A stretch of DNA of 64,000 nucleotides from assembly GCA_965366815.1 (NCBI GenBank), contig CBDUGV010000002.1:758-64757 (forward strand). Direction: 5' to 3'. Below the pieces are notes generated by a model. The model had not been told where the DNA came from and ran no database searches. It saw only the letters and a program-made list of their open reading frames with translations. The stretch is from an uncultured Bdellovibrionales bacterium (GTDB lineage Bacteria > Bdellovibrionota_C > UBA2361 > SZUA-149). Both the position numbers and the translations under genes were made by a program. Positions 31,914 through 41,798 of this stretch are shown one piece after another. Numbering within the stretch: the stretch's first letter is position 1; each line of letters begins with the position of its first letter.

Positions 31914-32828
31914 ATGGCGCTCTTACTTGTAAATCACGACGGCTCGGTTGCAATTGATGAAGCGTCCAAGTCACTCAAGAAAAAAACTCCACTGCTCGAT
32001 GTCGTTGAGCAAGCAATTCGCCAAGTTGAGGCAGATGTTTCGATAAAAGTAGTTGGTTTTGGCGGTTACCCTAATGCGCTTGGCCAGATGGAGCTCGATG
32101 CTGGAATTATGGATGGCACGAGCCGCAAAACTGGTTCGGTAGGTGCGGTCAATAGTTGTCCTCATCCGATTAGTTTGGCCCGAAAGGTGATGGAGCTTCT
32201 CCCGCATGAAATTCTCGTTGGAGAGGGTGCTGATCGATTTGCCGCAGAATGCGGTCTTTCAGGAGACAACCTTCTCTCGGAGGATAGGATGGAAGATTGG
32301 CAAGAATGGGTGAACGAGAATGTCGATGAAGATGCGCAAGACGAATGGCCCGATGTTCCCCTTGTCCCGCTGATGGAGAGTAGCGGCTTTCAAAATGAAA
32401 AAGACACGGTGGTTATGCTTGGTCAGGATGCAAGTGGTGGAATCGTGTCGGCGGCAAGTAGCTCTGGCTGGCCCTATAAATACCCAGGTCGTTTAGGTGA
32501 TTCGCCGATTATCGGTGCCGGTCACTATGCCGATAGCCGCTTTGGTGCAGCGGCCTGCACTCACACTGGCGAAATGAGTATCCGCACCGGTGCCTCACGT
32601 TCTGTAGTTCTCTACATGAAGATGGGCATGAGCCTAGAAGAGGCCTGTCGCGAGACACTCGCCGATGTCCAAACCCTAGAATCTGGCGTGTTGGAACAAT
32701 TGGTAATCTACGGAATAGACAAAGAAGGCAAGCACTACGCCTGTTCAAACGCCCAAGCTAAACCATACTCGATTTGGACTAGCGATATGAAAGCACCGAC
32801 CAAAGCGAAGGTCGCCGTGGTTAAGTAG
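31914..32828 (+). CDS. Ntn-hydrolase asparaginase-2 family (isoaspartyl peptidase/L-asparaginase or glycosylasparaginase-like)
   Basis: Autoproteolytic-site region DTVVMLGQD and GDSPIIGAGHYAD motif. 304 aa. Confidence 0.7.
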   Translation: MALLLVNHDGSVAIDEASKSLKKKTPLLDVVEQAIRQVEADVSIKVVGFGGYPNALGQMELDAGIMDGTSRKTGSVGAVNSCPHPISLARKVMELLPHEILVGEGADRFAAECGLSGDNLLSEDRMEDWQEWVNENVDEDAQDEWPDVPLVPLMESSGFQNEKDTVVMLGQDASGGIVSAASSSGWPYKYPGRLGDSPIIGAGHYADSRFGAAACTHTGEMSIRTGASRSVVLYMKMGMSLEEACRETLADVQTLESGVLEQLVIYGIDKEGKHYACSNAQAKPYSIWTSDMKAPTKAKVAVVK

Positions 32829-32883
32829 AGCCAGTGGTTAAGCAAACCCAGTGGTAAGTAAACCCAGTGGTTAAGTAGACCCT
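32817..32883. repeat. Four tandem ~17-bp repeats GTGGTTAAGYARACCCA overlapping the asparaginase stop codon
   Basis: Units gtggttaagtagagcca, gtggttaagcaaaccca, gtggtaagtaaaccca, gtggttaagtagaccct read directly. Confidence 0.8.
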
Positions 32884-32921
32884 AAGGCAGGCTTCTGTGA
32901 CGGAGCTTCCAACTCAACCGC

Positions 32922-33863
32922 TTATTCGTTTTCACCCAACCAGCGTTCGGTTTCGATAGCGGCCATACAGCCGGTTCCGGCTGCGGTAACTGCCTGGCGA
33001 TAGACGTGATCTTGGACATCGCCGCAGGCGAAAACCCCCTCTATCTTGGTTCTCGTACTATCTGCGTCGGTAATCAAATAACCGTTTTCGTCCATATCGA
33101 GGATGCCTTCAAACAGTTTCGAGTTGGGCGTATGGCCAATTGCGTAGAAAAGAGCGGCGCAACTTATTTCAGTTTGCTCCTTGGTTTCACTATGCTCGAG
33201 AATAGCACCGCTCAGGCCACCAGCCTTTGGATCGCCGAGCAACTCTGTCACAGTGTGATTGTAGATAACTTCGATCTTTGGGTTTGCCAGGGCCCGATCA
33301 GCCATAATTTTCGATGCGCGGAATTCATCCCGGCGTAGCACCAATCTGACCCGTTTACCAAAACGCGTCAGAAATACCGCTTCTTCACAAGCGGAATCCC
33401 CGCCGCCTACTACTACGATCTCTTCGTCGTTAAAGAAGGCACCGTCGCAAGTCGCGCAGGTAGACAAGCCAAACCCCATCAGCTCAGATTCCCGGGGTAG
33501 TCCCAAGGTACGCGCCGTGGCTCCAGTTGAAATAATCAGCGATTCGGTGCTGTGCTCTTCGTCGTCGAACCAAACGCGGAATGGACGTGAGCTCAGATCA
33601 ACTTTCGTAGCGAGTTTTTGCTGAATATCTGCTCCGAAGCGGGCTGATTGCTTGCGCATCATGTCCATCAATTCAGGGCCCATCACCCCATCGGGAAAGC
33701 CAGGGTAGTTCTCGACATCAGTCGTTATAGTAAGCTGGCCTCCCGGCTGAGGGCCCTCGACCACAAATGGTGCAAGCTGGGCCCGAGCTGTATAGAGCGC
33801 AGCGGTAAGACCTGCTGGTCCCGTTCCTAAAATTAGTACTTTGTGGGAATTTTCAGAGCTCAT
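32922..33863 (-). CDS. trxB: Thioredoxin-disulfide reductase
   Basis: FAD motif LILGTGPAGLTAALY, redox CATCDG, NADPH motif VVVGGGDSACEEA. 313 aa. Confidence 0.9.
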   Translation of the reverse strand: MSSENSHKVLILGTGPAGLTAALYTARAQLAPFVVEGPQPGGQLTITTDVENYPGFPDGVMGPELMDMMRKQSARFGADIQQKLATKVDLSSRPFRVWFDDEEHSTESLIISTGATARTLGLPRESELMGFGLSTCATCDGAFFNDEEIVVVGGGDSACEEAVFLTRFGKRVRLVLRRDEFRASKIMADRALANPKIEVIYNHTVTELLGDPKAGGLSGAILEHSETKEQTEISCAALFYAIGHTPNSKLFEGILDMDENGYLITDADSTRTKIEGVFACGDVQDHVYRQAVTAAGTGCMAAIETERWLGENE

Positions 33864-34020
33864 ATCGTCGCTTTTCTCGCTAGTAATACAAAGAGGCTTT
33901 GAACAATAATGAACGAGCGGGCACTACGCAAGTTGAGAAACCTCGCATATTACTGTGTATTTAAACTCGACTCGTCTGAGATTAGTCTCGGATAGAAATT
34001 TCAACTAGACTCAGCAACCT

Positions 34021-35430
34021 ATGAAAAACCTACAGCGAGTATTAGTCGCCAACCGAGGCGAAATTGCCTTGCGGATTATCCGAGCCGCTCAGAGCCTTGG
34101 AGTTGAAACGGTCGCCGTATATTCAGAGCCTGACGAATCGGCGCCGCATGTTCGTTTGGCTGACGCGCGACTGAAGCTGGAAGGGGCAAGTGCTTCTGAT
34201 ACCTATCTCAACCAAGAGAAACTGCTCCTCGCTGCCCTGCAAAGCGGCGCAGATGCAGTGCATCCAGGCTATGGATTTTTTGCTGAAAACGCTGGGTTTG
34301 CCCAGGCGGTAGTTGACCAGGGTTGCACCTTCATCGGACCGACGCCCGAAGTCATCGCCTTGATGGCCGATAAGGAGCAAGCGCGAGCGCGAGCGGCGGA
34401 AGCTGGGGTGCCAGTGGTGCCTGGCACCGCCGCGTCAACCGATGTGAGCAAGCTAGCGGCCGAAGCAAAAAAGATTGGCATGCCAGTGATGGTGAAGGCG
34501 GTTGCAGGAGGGAGCGGTCGCGGAATGCGAGTTGTTCGAGAGGCTGCCGATCTCGAGGCAAAGATTGACGAGGCCATGCGTGAAGCTGAAGCCGGATTCA
34601 AGAATTCCAAAGTGTTCATAGAGAAGTATCTAGAACAGCCAAGACATATTGAGGTGCAAGTTTTCGCGGACGCCCAGGGAACTACGGTGCATGTCGGTGA
34701 ACGAGAGTGCTCTCTCCAGCGAAGGCATCAGAAACTTGTGGAAGAAGCACCGGCGGCAAACCTTGACGAGACATTGGCTACCAAGATTCGCGCTTCAGCC
34801 GTCGACCTAGCGAAAGCCGTGGGATATCGGGGTGCCGGAACGGTTGAATATCTGGTCGATGGTGGCAGGGATGCAAACTCTGCTTTCTATTTTTTAGAGA
34901 TGAATACGCGGATTCAAGTAGAGCATCCCGTAACCGAAATGGTCTCCGGCATCGATCTGGTCGCTGAGCAATTTCGAGTTGCCGATGGGCAAGAACTTTC
35001 GTTTCGTCAGCAGGATGTCAGGATGAACGGCCATGCGATTGAGTTCCGAGTCTACGCTGAAGATCCAGCCAATGAGTTTCGCCCAGCGGCCGGGAAACTT
35101 CTCTATCTCTCACGCCCCAGTGGCGTGGGTGTAAGAGAGGACAGCTGGGTAGAAGCGGGCAGCAAACTTTCACCGTATTACGATGCCCTTTTGTCGAAAC
35201 TGAGCATTTGGGGTCGGGATCGTAGTGAAGCATTGGCCCGTGCACGAGTTGCGCTTGATGAATTTATTGTGGAAGGAGTGCCCACCACGCTTGGCTTTCA
35301 TCGCTGGCTTCTGAGAAACAAGGATTTCCAATCAGGGGAGTTCGATGTGAATTGGATTTCGCGCGCCTATGCCGGCGAACAGCTGCACCCGAAAACAGTT
35401 GGCCCCTTAGTGCTTCCCGAGGAGACCTAA
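34021..35430 (+). CDS. Biotin carboxylase (ATP-grasp), stand-alone
   Basis: N-terminus VLVANRGEIALRIIRA, EMNTRIQVEHPVTE motif, ATP-grasp core. No adjacent BCCP or carboxyltransferase gene. Confidence 0.8.
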   Translation: MKNLQRVLVANRGEIALRIIRAAQSLGVETVAVYSEPDESAPHVRLADARLKLEGASASDTYLNQEKLLLAALQSGADAVHPGYGFFAENAGFAQAVVDQGCTFIGPTPEVIALMADKEQARARAAEAGVPVVPGTAASTDVSKLAAEAKKIGMPVMVKAVAGGSGRGMRVVREAADLEAKIDEAMREAEAGFKNSKVFIEKYLEQPRHIEVQVFADAQGTTVHVGERECSLQRRHQKLVEEAPAANLDETLATKIRASAVDLAKAVGYRGAGTVEYLVDGGRDANSAFYFLEMNTRIQVEHPVTEMVSGIDLVAEQFRVADGQELSFRQQDVRMNGHAIEFRVYAEDPANEFRPAAGKLLYLSRPSGVGVREDSWVEAGSKLSPYYDALLSKLSIWGRDRSEALARARVALDEFIVEGVPTTLGFHRWLLRNKDFQSGEFDVNWISRAYAGEQLHPKTVGPLVLPEET

Positions 35431-35435
35431 GCGAA

Positions 35436-36638
35436 ATGTCTACAGCGATAGGGTCTTCCTTGTCTAAAAAAATGAGTGGGTCCAAGCGAATGAATGAGAT
35501 CCAGGATCCGATAATTCCCATTGTTACATCCTGGATCGCGGATACGCCTGGTACTATTTCGCTCGGGCAGGGAGTTGTCCACTATCCTCCGCCCGCAGAG
35601 GTTTCACAGGGGATTGAACGATTCTTAGCCAACCCACAAAATCACAAATATCAGCCTGGTCAGGGAATTCCCGAGCTTCGGGCGCAAATCGAGAGAAAAC
35701 TTCGAGAAGAGAATGGCATTTCGCTGGATCAGGGATATTCGCTATTCGTTACGGCTGGCGGCAACCAAGCGTTTGTAAACGCCATCTCTGCCATTAGCGA
35801 TCCGGGCGATGAAATCATTTTGATGACCCCGTACTATTTCAATTTTGAAATGGCAATCGGATTGGCGGACTGTCGAGCAGTCTTGGTGCCGATGAACGAT
35901 CAATTTCAGCTTGATATGCAGCGAATTGCCGATGCGATAACGCCGCGGACAAAGGCGATTGTAACGATCTCGCCGAACAATCCCACGGGGTCAATATATC
36001 CCGAGTCTGATCTGCGAGCAGTCAACGAGCTTTGCAGTACCCATGGCCTCTATCACATCGCCGATGAGGTCTATGAATACTTTACCTACGGAGATGCACT
36101 ACATTTTTCACCTGCATCGATTTCGGGAGCTTCTGAGCATACGATCACTATTCAATCATTATCGAAGGCCTATGGATTCGCCAGTTGGCGTATTGGGTAT
36201 ATGCTCGTTCCAAAGCATTTGGAATACTCTGTGGTGAAAGCTCAGGATACGATCGTGGTATGCCCACCAGTTATCTCGCAATGGGCTGCTGCCTCGGCGC
36301 TCGAAGTAGGCGCTGAGTATTGCAGATCGAAGATTCGGCAATTTTCTGTGGTTCGCGATCAGGTCCTTCAGCAACTGGAGAGTATTTCGTCGCTTTGCCG
36401 GGTGCCAAACCCAGAAGGTGCATTCTATGTATTTGCTGATATACGCAGCGAACTAGAGCCGCTTGAACTAGTTCGCCGTTTGATTGAAGAACATCAAGTC
36501 GCAGTGATTCCCGGATCGGCCTTTGGAATGACGGAAGGGTGTTTTCTACGGCTTTCTTATGGAGCATTGCTCGAAGAGACAGTTGTCGAGGGCGTGCGAC
36601 GCTTCGTTGATGGTGTGGTGGCGATAGTCGAGAAATGA
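35436..36638 (+). CDS. PLP-dependent class I/II aminotransferase
   Basis: PLP-lysine motif SLSKAYGFASWRIGY. Start at MSTAIG (ATG 35436, GGAGAC Shine-Dalgarno sequence) only 5 nt after the biotin carboxylase stop. Confidence 0.75.
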   Translation: MSTAIGSSLSKKMSGSKRMNEIQDPIIPIVTSWIADTPGTISLGQGVVHYPPPAEVSQGIERFLANPQNHKYQPGQGIPELRAQIERKLREENGISLDQGYSLFVTAGGNQAFVNAISAISDPGDEIILMTPYYFNFEMAIGLADCRAVLVPMNDQFQLDMQRIADAITPRTKAIVTISPNNPTGSIYPESDLRAVNELCSTHGLYHIADEVYEYFTYGDALHFSPASISGASEHTITIQSLSKAYGFASWRIGYMLVPKHLEYSVVKAQDTIVVCPPVISQWAAASALEVGAEYCRSKIRQFSVVRDQVLQQLESISSLCRVPNPEGAFYVFADIRSELEPLELVRRLIEEHQVAVIPGSAFGMTEGCFLRLSYGALLEETVVEGVRRFVDGVVAIVEK

Positions 36639-36651
36639 TGGTTGAAATAAC

Positions 36652-37575
36652 ATGATTGACAAGCAACGTTTTCTAGTCGATGCGGGCTCGCAGGGCCTAC
36701 GGCTTGACGCCTTTCTTTCGCAGAAGCAACCAGAGCTTTCGCGTGCGAAAGCGCGAAAAGCCTGTGAGCAAAAACAGGTCTTGGTCAATGGAAAGCCAAA
36801 ACGTGCTGGCTATTCATTACAGCTAAGCGATGAAGTACGCGTGCGAGGAGAGATTGAGCAGGTACGGGCGCGCGCCGACCTGGTTCGAGAACAAGGCGGT
36901 GCCTTGTCACATATCCGAATTCTTTTCGAAGACGAACATCTCTTGGCGATTGATAAGCCGAGAATGATGCACAGTGTGACGCTTGGTTCAGATGATCCGA
37001 TAACGGTTGCCGACTGCATTGCCGCACATAGCGCTGCGGCTGCAGAGGCGTCGAGTGATGCACGTGAGGCTGGTTTGGTACAGCGGCTTGACTACTACAC
37101 CAGCGGGGTCTTATTGGCCGCGAAGAGCAGTCGAATCTGGGATTCACTTCATCAACTGCTATTGGGTGAGCAAGTCGAAAAGGAGTATCTCGCATTGGTC
37201 GAGGGAGAAGTCACCTCGAAAAACCGGACTATTTACGAAGCATTGGTTGACGCAGGTGGTGGCAAGAAAGTGGCGGTTGCTGAGGAGGGGCGTCCGGCCC
37301 ACAGCAGAGTAGAGTTGCTCGAAGTCTTGGATAATCAGAGTCTGGTACTGGTTCGCGGATCGGGAATGCGTCGGCATCAGGTACGTGCCCATTTAGCACA
37401 CATCGGTCACCCATTAGTCGGTGATGATCTCTATGGTGCCAAGGCAAAGGAGTTCAAGCTAAAGAGCAGCTCTTTAGAGCTACAAGGCGAAGGCTTTTTC
37501 TTGCACTCCCTGTCAATTCGCCTACGACATCCAGTGAGTGGCGAGGACGTAGTCGTGCGCTCCGAAGTTACGTGA
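36652..37575 (+). CDS. RluA-family 23S rRNA pseudouridine synthase (RluD/RluC-like, S4 domain N-terminus)
   Basis: S4-like N-terminus and catalytic-Asp motif QRLDYYTSGVLLAAKS. Confidence 0.8.
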   Translation: MIDKQRFLVDAGSQGLRLDAFLSQKQPELSRAKARKACEQKQVLVNGKPKRAGYSLQLSDEVRVRGEIEQVRARADLVREQGGALSHIRILFEDEHLLAIDKPRMMHSVTLGSDDPITVADCIAAHSAAAAEASSDAREAGLVQRLDYYTSGVLLAAKSSRIWDSLHQLLLGEQVEKEYLALVEGEVTSKNRTIYEALVDAGGGKKVAVAEEGRPAHSRVELLEVLDNQSLVLVRGSGMRRHQVRAHLAHIGHPLVGDDLYGAKAKEFKLKSSSLELQGEGFFLHSLSIRLRHPVSGEDVVVRSEVT

Positions 37576-37624
37576 CTGATGACACGTCTTTTTCACTTCG
37601 CTTCTGTCGTTGACGAGCGCTTCT

Positions 37625-38224
37625 TTAGTGGTAGACGATGTTGTCTTCGGTAGGAGTAGCGAGTGCAGTGAATAGGCGATCTATCGCTTCGTTGGCTTCA
37701 GATTCATTCTTCTTTAGTTCGCCTTGGATTTCCTTGATGCGCTTTTCATAGTCGGTCTTGCTCCAGTTCGGTAGATCTTTACCGGCTTTTTCTCTCCGGA
37801 ACTTTAGATTAGTGAACGACTCGGTCGCCTTTATAAGCAAGTTTTGCAGTTCTATTCTCTGCATCAAAAAATGCTCAACCTCGGCGATGTTCTCAGCGCG
37901 GCTACCAATTTCTTCTTCGAGAACGAGACAACGGGATAGCACATTTTGATGATGTTCTTTGAGTTTGCGGATGGCTGCCTCATTGAGCGTGGCATCAAGT
38001 AGCACTGCTTTCCTCAGTTGCTTAAGTGCTTCGTCTGCTTTCTTGGACTCGATGAGGTCGTCGATTCGTTTTAGACGTTCCGAATACTTGCGAATCTTCG
38101 AGGAACCCTTTTTACCTCGAACTGTGCCCAGTAGTGGGTTCATCATTGCCCAAGTCAGACCGATCAGGGTCGCAAGCCCCAACCCCAACAGCACCAACGA
38201 AATTATAAAACTTCCAAGACCCAT
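37625..38224 (-). CDS. Hypothetical N-terminally anchored coiled-coil protein
   Basis: Start chosen at MGLGSFIISLVLLGLGL (ATG 38224). Long heptad-like charged helices. Confidence 0.35.
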   Translation of the reverse strand: MGLGSFIISLVLLGLGLATLIGLTWAMMNPLLGTVRGKKGSSKIRKYSERLKRIDDLIESKKADEALKQLRKAVLLDATLNEAAIRKLKEHHQNVLSRCLVLEEEIGSRAENIAEVEHFLMQRIELQNLLIKATESFTNLKFRREKAGKDLPNWSKTDYEKRIKEIQGELKKNESEANEAIDRLFTALATPTEDNIVYH

Positions 38225-38372
38225 AAAGATAATGTAGTGATTTTTGCAGTAAATCCCTAGGTATGCTAACGTCCTTTGCCCTGAAAGGCAAAAGTCTTTT
38301 CTAGGTCCAATCCGCAAAATCATTGAATTTTTTTCGGACTGGCTCAGGTTAGACGAAACACCCATTCTAGTT

Positions 38373-39566
38373 ATGCTATACGCCGATTACAATGCGACTT
38401 CTCCAATTTCTCCGGCGGTCACCCGTGCCATGCAGCCATTTCTGGCCTCGCAATTCGGGAATCCTTCTAGCACATTTCAGCCCCTTGGTGCTCGTGCCAA
38501 AGAGGCAATTGAGCTTGCACGTGAGCAAGTAGCATCTTTCGTTGGGGCCAGACCGAGCGAAATAGTCTTTGTAAGTGGGGGGACTGAGAGCTGCTCGCAC
38601 GCCTTAATTGGGGCTGCTCGGACAAAAAGTTCTCAATGTCGGATCGTCTATTCTTCGGTTGAGCATTCGGCGGTCCTGGAGACGGTGAATTTCTTAAGAG
38701 AATTTCGCTCTTGTAGAACTAGCGAAATAGCGGTCTCTGGAGCAGGGATGCTCGACGAAAAGCAGTTTCTACGAGAATGCCAAAGCTCACGCGAAGTAAT
38801 TGTGAGCTTGATGTCGGCCAACAATGAGACAGGTGTCCGGTTTCCTATTGCTCGACTTGCTGAGCGATGTCGCGAACTGGGTGACACTGAGGTGTTGTTT
38901 CATACTGATGCAGTTCAGACTGTTGGAAAGGAGCGAGTTGATTTTTCCAGACTGGGCGTGGATCTGCTTAGTATCTCAGCCCATAAATTTGGTGGACCAA
39001 AAGGGATTGGTGCACTGATTATTCGCCAAGGCAGTGCGTGGCAGCCAGTCGTTCGAGGTGGTGGACAGGAGTCGGGAAGACGAGGTGGAACCGAAGCGGT
39101 GGCTCAAATAGTTGGAATGGGCCAGGCTGCTCAGCTTCGCCAACAACAGCTATCGGATGGAACCTGGGACCGGGTATCTCAATTGCGCGATCAGTTCGAA
39201 GACTGCATACAGCGCGAAGTTTCGGATGTGCTTATTCACGGAAGCTCGAGCGATCGTTTGACGAACACCTCCAGCCTGATGATCTCGGGGATTAACAGTA
39301 AGCAGTTGAGAAATGAACTAGCTGAACAAGGGGTGATAATTGCCTCTGGCTCAGCTTGTAGCGCCTCGCAGCTTCGCCCTTCTCATGTATTGCGGGCAAT
39401 GGGCAACAGTGTATTCGATTGCTTGGCAACTATTAGAATTTCTCTAGGAGTTGAAACAACTGAGCAAGAGGTGGAACAACTCGTGGCAATCCTCGGCAGG
39501 CAGATAGCACGACATCGTCGCACTGCTCGAGAGGTCGTGCGTGAACGCCTTGTAGCAAATACCTAG
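38373..39566 (+). CDS. Cysteine desulfurase (class V aminotransferase, IscS/NifS-like)
   Basis: PLP-Lys SAHKFGGPKGIGAL, catalytic-Cys loop SGSACSAS. 397 aa. Confidence 0.85.
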   Translation: MLYADYNATSPISPAVTRAMQPFLASQFGNPSSTFQPLGARAKEAIELAREQVASFVGARPSEIVFVSGGTESCSHALIGAARTKSSQCRIVYSSVEHSAVLETVNFLREFRSCRTSEIAVSGAGMLDEKQFLRECQSSREVIVSLMSANNETGVRFPIARLAERCRELGDTEVLFHTDAVQTVGKERVDFSRLGVDLLSISAHKFGGPKGIGALIIRQGSAWQPVVRGGGQESGRRGGTEAVAQIVGMGQAAQLRQQQLSDGTWDRVSQLRDQFEDCIQREVSDVLIHGSSSDRLTNTSSLMISGINSKQLRNELAEQGVIIASGSACSASQLRPSHVLRAMGNSVFDCLATIRISLGVETTEQEVEQLVAILGRQIARHRRTAREVVRERLVANT

Positions 39567-39660
39567 AGAAAGGTGTTTTGTTGGGCATGGCTAGTTTTGG
39601 GTCGCTGGGTTTCCCTCGCTGGGTGGCCTCATTACGGAGTGTCACCACCATAAACAGGAA

Positions 39661-40455
39661 TTAGCGAACTGTAGTTGAGTATTGGCTATTGGTTGTCGTG
39701 CTACTGCCGCCCAAGGCACCTGAGATACCGATTCGAGTCCCTCGACCGATTGTACCAGAACCAGATACACTTATCGCGGCCCCGCCTGCAGTGCGCCGGG
39801 AGTGTCTCCGACCTTGTCTGGTGTAGCTCTTGTCTTTAAAAACAGTTCCGGAATTTGGCCCGGTTCTATGATAACGGATCGGCTTGTGACGATTTGAGTA
39901 GTGATTTGATCCGCGATGACCATCCAGTCGGTAGGGATCGATGTAATATCTTCTGCGCTCACTAATTACTACGGTTGGGTTACTTGCCTCAATCTTGTTT
40001 CGCTCTTGTTGCAGTCTGTTTGCTTCAGCACGGAGTTTATTCGCCTTCTCCTGTTCCTGAACCGAGGCGATCTGTGCGACTTCAGCGTTTAACTCACTGC
40101 GTGCCGATTTTATTTTCGTTTTGCACTCGGCCAGGGTGGATTTCTGCTTGAAGCAAAGCTGCTCAACCTCGTCCAGATCGTATTCAAGTTGATGATCGCG
40201 TTTGGCCCGGATAGCACGCATGGTCAGCTCATGAAATAGTGACCGCTTCTTGCTCAGCTCGAGTGAGTCTCCGGCGTCTTTCGCGGTTTCTTCTTTCGGA
40301 GAATCTGTTCTCGTCTTAACCGAGGCGTCACAGCCTTTATTCGTCCATACGCCGCCACATTCGGTTAAATCGCTCAGAGCCGTAGTGGGGGAAAAGAGCG
40401 CAAGAGCGATTGGTAAGAACGCGAGTTTTCTATAGGAATTTTCGAATACATTCAT
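39661..40455 (-). CDS. Hypothetical secreted coiled-coil protein with Gly/Ser/Thr/Arg-rich C-terminus
   Basis: Signal peptide MNVFENSYRKLAFLPIALALFSPTTALS. No family recognised. Confidence 0.35.
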   Translation of the reverse strand: MNVFENSYRKLAFLPIALALFSPTTALSDLTECGGVWTNKGCDASVKTRTDSPKEETAKDAGDSLELSKKRSLFHELTMRAIRAKRDHQLEYDLDEVEQLCFKQKSTLAECKTKIKSARSELNAEVAQIASVQEQEKANKLRAEANRLQQERNKIEASNPTVVISERRRYYIDPYRLDGHRGSNHYSNRHKPIRYHRTGPNSGTVFKDKSYTRQGRRHSRRTAGGAAISVSGSGTIGRGTRIGISGALGGSSTTTNSQYSTTVR

Positions 40456-40590
40456 ACCTCTCAGTATACCAGAAACTGCGCGTTTTCGGGGCGCTTCTTG
40501 GATTTCCCATAAAGTTCCGATTTGTTTTGAGTTTTTCCTTCTTCTGATTCAATATGCTACTTAGATTATCGGAACTACTCTGATTGAGCG

Positions 40591-40989
40591 ATGATACGTT
40601 TTCAACTGATCTTATTTTCTCTTCGAACGAACAGCGTCCTGTTTGGCCTATTGGCACTTTGGATGATGGCGGTTCATTTCTTGATGGGCAGCTATGTTCA
40701 TTCGAATGGGTTCCTTGCCTGGGGCCTGCTTGCAATAGCTGGATGTATTGCACAAGAGCTCTGCGTGCGTGGCTTGCGAAAACAGCGTTCATGGGCTTGG
40801 ATGTTGGCGACGGTTTTCGGGTTAGTTAATTTGTGGATTGGAATAAATAGTCTCGTTTCTTTTCCTGACGTACGAGCTTCGGACTTTGCTCGTCAGATTG
40901 GTGTTGTGGGTATTACTTTCTACTTCTTGCTTTCGGGATCGATTATTCTCTTTGGTCTGTATCTCGGTAAAGGATCCGAGAGCGAATGA
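40591..40989 (+). CDS. Small 4-TM membrane protein (GtrA-like size/topology, unverified)
   Basis: 132 aa, four hydrophobic helices. 4-nt overlap with the downstream gene. Confidence 0.3.
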   Translation: MIRFQLILFSLRTNSVLFGLLALWMMAVHFLMGSYVHSNGFLAWGLLAIAGCIAQELCVRGLRKQRSWAWMLATVFGLVNLWIGINSLVSFPDVRASDFARQIGVVGITFYFLLSGSIILFGLYLGKGSESE

Positions 40990-41798
40990 ACCCAGATCCT
41001 CGCGATGCGATTTCCTTAGCAGAGCGCCAAGCATTCCTCCTCCAGGCAACGCGATTCGCGGCAAGCTCGAGAGAGATAATACTTTCAGTAGTGCAGAGCG
41101 GGTTCGAGGTTCAGGCAAAAGCTGACAAGACGCTGGTTACCACTGCCGACATTGAAGTCGAACGAGTGATTCGTGAAGAGATTGTTCGCTTGTATCCTGA
41201 TCACGGAGTGCTTGGCGAAGAGTTCTCCGAACATAATCCCGGCGCGGAGTATTGTTGGATTATCGATCCGGTAGATGGGACTGAGGCATTTGCCAATGGG
41301 ATTCCAACCTACGGCACCGTATTGAGTCTTTACTATCAGGGACAACCATTGGTTGGGGTGCTCGATAATCCAGGACTAGATCTATGCACGGTCGGTGGGT
41401 ACGGGCTCGGCGTGAGCTGCAATGGCAAACCACTCAATCAATTCGAAGATATTCGAGCAAAATCGACTGAAGAGATTAGACTGATTGTTTCAAAGAGAAA
41501 GAATTTCTCCCGCTATGGCGAAGACAGGGTATTCGAAGAGCTTACCCGAGAGTTTCCAAACATTCTTGTTTTCGATAGTTGTTACGCCTATACCGCATTA
41601 GCGCACGGCAGTGTTGATGCGATTGTCGATTACAATGTCCGCCTTTGGGACGTGAGTGCTGCTTTGGCGCTTGTTCCAGAGCTAGGTGGCAGCTACGAAA
41701 TTCTGGAACAAAAAGATCGCGGCGATGGTATTCAGACTCTCAGTGTCGCCCTGGGAAAGCAGCACGCAGTTGATCTAATTCGCGAAGCTATTTCTTAG
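40986..41798 (+). CDS. Inositol monophosphatase / CysQ-family phosphatase
   Basis: Metal-binding motifs EE...WIIDPVDGTEAF and WDVSAA. Confidence 0.75.
   Translation: MNPDPRDAISLAERQAFLLQATRFAASSREIILSVVQSGFEVQAKADKTLVTTADIEVERVIREEIVRLYPDHGVLGEEFSEHNPGAEYCWIIDPVDGTEAFANGIPTYGTVLSLYYQGQPLVGVLDNPGLDLCTVGGYGLGVSCNGKPLNQFEDIRAKSTEEIRLIVSKRKNFSRYGEDRVFEELTREFPNILVFDSCYAYTALAHGSVDAIVDYNVRLWDVSAALALVPELGGSYEILEQKDRGDGIQTLSVALGKQHAVDLIREAIS

Noticed and set aside
35352-35435. The upstream extension of the aminotransferase ORF that overlaps the end of the biotin carboxylase gene.
   Set aside because: The internal ATG at 35436 has a good Shine-Dalgarno sequence and removes the out-of-frame overlap. 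The upstream residues are not aminotransferase-like.
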